Source of the DNA: Candidatus Liptonbacteria bacterium
Lineage (GTDB): Bacteria > Patescibacteriota > Minisyncoccia > UBA6257 > 2-01-FULL-56-20
DNA: 62,631 bases
Direction: 5' to 3'
Assembly (NCBI GenBank): GCA_016182105.1
Contig: JACOXZ010000010.1
Location: 1-62,631 of the forward strand
The position numbers and the translations under genes are program-made. The notes beneath the pieces were generated by a model that saw only the letters and a list, made by a program, of their open reading frames with translations, searched no databases and was not told the origin of the DNA. This document shows, one piece after another, positions 59,869 to 62,631 of this stretch; within the stretch, counting starts at the first letter, position 1, and every line of letters begins with the position of its first letter.

Positions 59869-60828
59869 TTAAATATTCGCGAAATCGTTTCGTTTGATAA
59901 CCTGATACCCTTTAATAAGTTCGGCGATGCCCTCTTGGAGCGAAACCTGCGGTTTGAAACCGGTTTTTTCTATTTTTTCGTTACTTACAATATAGTTACG
60001 CTTGTCTTTGTCTTCTCCTATTTTTGACTCCAGAAAAACGAATTGTGGGATTTGTTTTTTGATTTCTTCACACAGTTCCAGTTTGCTCAAATTTGCATCG
60101 GAGAGACCGACATTATAGGCCTGGTTTTTCATGGCATCAAAATGCTCCATGCAATGCATAAACGCGGCCGCGACATCGCGTATGTGAATATAATTTCTCT
60201 TGAAATGCGGCTCGAAGAGCACCACGACACCGTCATTTATCGCACGATAAACAAAATCATTCACCAAAAGGTCTAGGCGCATGCGCGGGCTGATTCCAAA
60301 TACCGTTGCGAGACGAAGGATAATCGCATTCCCCTCTTCAAGCAGCTCACGCTCCGCCTGCACCTTGAGCTTGCCGTAGAGCGAGACTGGATCAAGCGCA
60401 CTTGTCTCATCGCAAAAGGCTACGCCCTCAGCCATACGGCCATATCCGCTGTTCGTGTTTGGGAAAATAACCTTCTGGGACTTATCGCGGAGGCGCAAAA
60501 TCATCCGAAGCGCTTCGAGATTCACGGTGCGCGCGGCGACCGGGTCTTTATCGCAAGCGGGGGCTCCTACTATGCACGCTAGGGGAAATATAAAATCTTT
60601 TCCTTTCAAATGTTCGGCGATTAACTTATCGTCCCGTGCGTCGCCTCGGATGACGGTCAGCGTCTTGAAATTGCAGACGTCGAGAAGCGAGGTCTGTCCA
60701 TACATAAAATTGTCTATCGCTGCAACTTCGTGTCCAGCACGCAAAAGCTCCGGCGTAAGTATTGAGCCAATATAGCCGGCGGCGCCGGTCACAAGAATTT
60801 TTCTAGGAGACATACTTTCCTTGTTCAT
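59869..60828 (-). CDS. NAD-dependent epimerase/dehydratase
   Basis: KILVTGAAGYIGSILTPELL...YGKLK. Confidence 0.85.
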   Translation of the reverse strand: MNKESMSPRKILVTGAAGYIGSILTPELLRAGHEVAAIDNFMYGQTSLLDVCNFKTLTVIRGDARDDKLIAEHLKGKDFIFPLACIVGAPACDKDPVAARTVNLEALRMILRLRDKSQKVIFPNTNSGYGRMAEGVAFCDETSALDPVSLYGKLKVQAERELLEEGNAIILRLATVFGISPRMRLDLLVNDFVYRAINDGVVVLFEPHFKRNYIHIRDVAAAFMHCMEHFDAMKNQAYNVGLSDANLSKLELCEEIKKQIPQFVFLESKIGEDKDKRNYIVSNEKIEKTGFKPQVSLQEGIAELIKGYQVIKRNDFANI

Positions 60829-61318
60829 CTCTCTGCGATAGCAGGGGGTTTTTTATTGGCCACCAGATCTTGAACTTGGGATCGTCGTAACGCACGGTGA
60901 ACTGTCCCTTCGATTCGTAGTACTCCGACTGTTTATAGTGAAAAATAATCTTGTCGGTAAGCGCGAGGTGCCCATTCGCGAACTTCGGCGGCACAAGCAC
61001 CTGAAAGTGGTTTGTGTCAGAGAGGGTAAAAGATTCCCACTCACCGTACTGCGGAGAACCCTCGACAACATTAAGGACTACAAAATAGAATCTTCCATGC
61101 TTGCAATCAATCAATTTCCACGTTTTGTCGTCGCCGTGCAAGCCCCGAAGAACATATTTTGAAGAAACGGAGTAGTCATCCGCCACAAAATCAACCTTAA
61201 TGCCGTTTTTAAAGTAAAGGTTCTTGTTGTATGTCTCGGTATAACTACCCCGGAAATCCTCGAAGGTATCGGGCTTCACAAGAATCACGCCGTCCAATTT
61301 TGTTTTAACGAATTCCAT
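60803..61318 (-). CDS. RmlC-like cupin sugar epimerase
   Basis: LDGVILVKPDTFEDFRGSYTETY...LRGLHGD...FANGH. Confidence 0.8.
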   Translation of the reverse strand: MEFVKTKLDGVILVKPDTFEDFRGSYTETYNKNLYFKNGIKVDFVADDYSVSSKYVLRGLHGDDKTWKLIDCKHGRFYFVVLNVVEGSPQYGEWESFTLSDTNHFQVLVPPKFANGHLALTDKIIFHYKQSEYYESKGQFTVRYDDPKFKIWWPIKNPLLSQRDEQGKYVS

Positions 61319-62427
61319 TAGAAATATGACTCAAAAATCTCTATCATCTCGCTCACATAATGTTCTTGGCTTAAGGCGTACGCCGCAGGAGAAGATATCC
61401 ACACATTAATATTCTTAATATACTCATTATAGGTGTTTTCGTCCATAGCGCGGAGATACTCGTCAAGACGGGCAAAGTCACAGCCGAATCTGCGGAAATC
61501 GATAAAGCAATTCGCCGGGAATATATTCTCGATGTCTGGAGCGCCCCAATAGACGGGCACGGCGCCGGAGTAAAGCGAATCGCTCATATACTGCACGTTG
61601 CCTCCGAGATAACAATTCTCAAAACACAAAGAAAACTTATATTGCTGCATCGTCTTGAATTTGTCGTCGGGCGCGCCACGCCAGGAATTCTTCACGGCTT
61701 CATCATACTTGTGCGTGTAGCGGACGGGCTTGTCCCAGCCATAACCATAGAGGTCGAAATCGGGATAGCGCGAAAAATATTCTACGGCACGTAACCGGTC
61801 GAGGTACCCTTCGCGATTCACGAAATTCGGCATCGGCTTCACCGAATTCCAGAAATTCACGTACAGGCGGCGGAGCCAATGAACGCGGGCGTTCCGCTGG
61901 ATAAGAACGAGAAATTTTTTATTATGGAAATCCGGCCGCACTTCGCGAACGCGCGCATAATAAGGGTGGGGGGTGCACTGCGGGTGAAATTGGCTCGTGG
62001 GCGAAACCCAAGTCTTCACGCCTCGCATCACGACCGAGTGGTCGAAATAACTTGTAAGCCGCGGCAGATTCCAGTAAAAACGGCAGGCATAAAGCGGGTT
62101 CTCGGAGCTTCTAATAAGCGCGAGTTTCACCCCGGCTTTTCGTAGTGCAAAGGATACGCTCATATCCGCGTCATCGCGCTCGCGCACGCAGATCGCCTTA
62201 GGCTTCGGTTCGGGTAGTGCGAAATAAACGTCCGGAGTGACAAACTGAATCCCTTTCTCGAGGCATTTTTCGTAAAAATACAGAAACGAGTAGTGATACC
62301 ATTTTTCTTTCACAATGCTCTTATCGAATGCCGCGTTCTCCCGGGCATACGGCCCGATGATGTCGTAGACGACGAGTTTTCTCCCCTCAATAGAAACCTC
62401 CATATTATAATGTGCGTTATGCTCCAA
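61318..62427 (-). CDS. GT10-like (alpha-1,3-fucosyltransferase-like) glycosyltransferase
   Basis: KFSLCFENCYLGGNVQYMSDSLYSGAVPVYWGAPDI parallels the GT10 FENs..gYvTEK...g.vPiYwG motif block. Confidence 0.6.
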   Translation of the reverse strand: MEHNAHYNMEVSIEGRKLVVYDIIGPYARENAAFDKSIVKEKWYHYSFLYFYEKCLEKGIQFVTPDVYFALPEPKPKAICVRERDDADMSVSFALRKAGVKLALIRSSENPLYACRFYWNLPRLTSYFDHSVVMRGVKTWVSPTSQFHPQCTPHPYYARVREVRPDFHNKKFLVLIQRNARVHWLRRLYVNFWNSVKPMPNFVNREGYLDRLRAVEYFSRYPDFDLYGYGWDKPVRYTHKYDEAVKNSWRGAPDDKFKTMQQYKFSLCFENCYLGGNVQYMSDSLYSGAVPVYWGAPDIENIFPANCFIDFRRFGCDFARLDEYLRAMDENTYNEYIKNINVWISSPAAYALSQEHYVSEMIEIFESYF

Positions 62428-62631
62428 ACTGACCGACGAAATACTGATACGTCTTCCGCAACCCCTCCTCGGGCTCTATGGTATGCTTCCAGCCTAAAGC
62501 GTGCAACCGGCTTACATCTAAAAGTTTACGCGGGGTGCCGTCGGGTTTCGATGCATCCCACGCTACCTCTCCTTCAAATCCGACAATGCGCCGGATCATC
62601 TCGCCGAGCTCTTTGACGGTCATATCGCTCC
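62417..62631 (-). CDS. fcl: GDP-L-fucose synthase, C-terminal part (N-terminus beyond window end)
   Basis: TVKELGEMIRRIVGFEGEVAWDASKPDGTPRKLLDVSRLHALGWKHTIEPEEGLRKTYQYF. The reading frame is open to the window edge. Confidence 0.85.
   Translation of the reverse strand, partial: SDMTVKELGEMIRRIVGFEGEVAWDASKPDGTPRKLLDVSRLHALGWKHTIEPEEGLRKTYQYFVGQFGA

Overview
This 62.6-kb window is almost fully coding. It looks like a small-genome, uncultivated bacterium, possibly CPR/Patescibacteria-like; that is inference only and no search was run.

Positions 1-11.6 kb hold housekeeping and proteostasis genes, mostly on the minus strand:
- an edge-truncated FabH-like KAS III, a SWIB-domain protein and tRNA-Ser(GGA);
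- htpX, lemA and thyX;
- a visibly AT-rich two-gene island (APH-like kinase plus histidine phosphatase);
- groES-groEL;
- a frameshifted trxB with two decayed copies of its 5' end;
- a glutaredoxin-like protein, two small ORFs missing from the ORF track (an SPW-repeat protein and a CxxC-x17-CxxC zinc ribbon), and a DsbA-like protein.

From about 11.7 kb to the right edge (about 51 kb) the window is one large cell-surface glycan super-cluster:
- a priming sugar transferase, a Wzx-like flippase and a Wzy/ligase-like protein;
- glycosyltransferases of the GT2, GT8, GT9 and GT10 families plus a CgeB-like one;
- parts of both heptose activation routes (GHMP-kinase/NTP-transferase type and HldA/HldC type);
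- CDP-hexose, dTDP-hexose and GDP-fucose genes;
- C- and O-methyltransferases and many SDR epimerases;
- three separate two-subunit thiamine-diphosphate enzyme pairs.

The most unusual content is non-coding.
1. Seven 98-151 bp inverted-repeat elements have CCC(C)G...C(G)GGG termini and 4-nt flanking direct repeats. Three abut the -35 hexamers of the groES, grx/trxB and dsbA-like promoters. Four exactly bridge stop/start junctions inside the sugar operons.
2. Two ~275-bp structured elements bounded by terminal inverted repeats lie in inverted orientation around a GT8-GT2 gene pair. Their terminal arms encode a Shine-Dalgarno sequence plus ATG.

No CRISPR array, rRNA, transposase or recognisable defence genes were seen.
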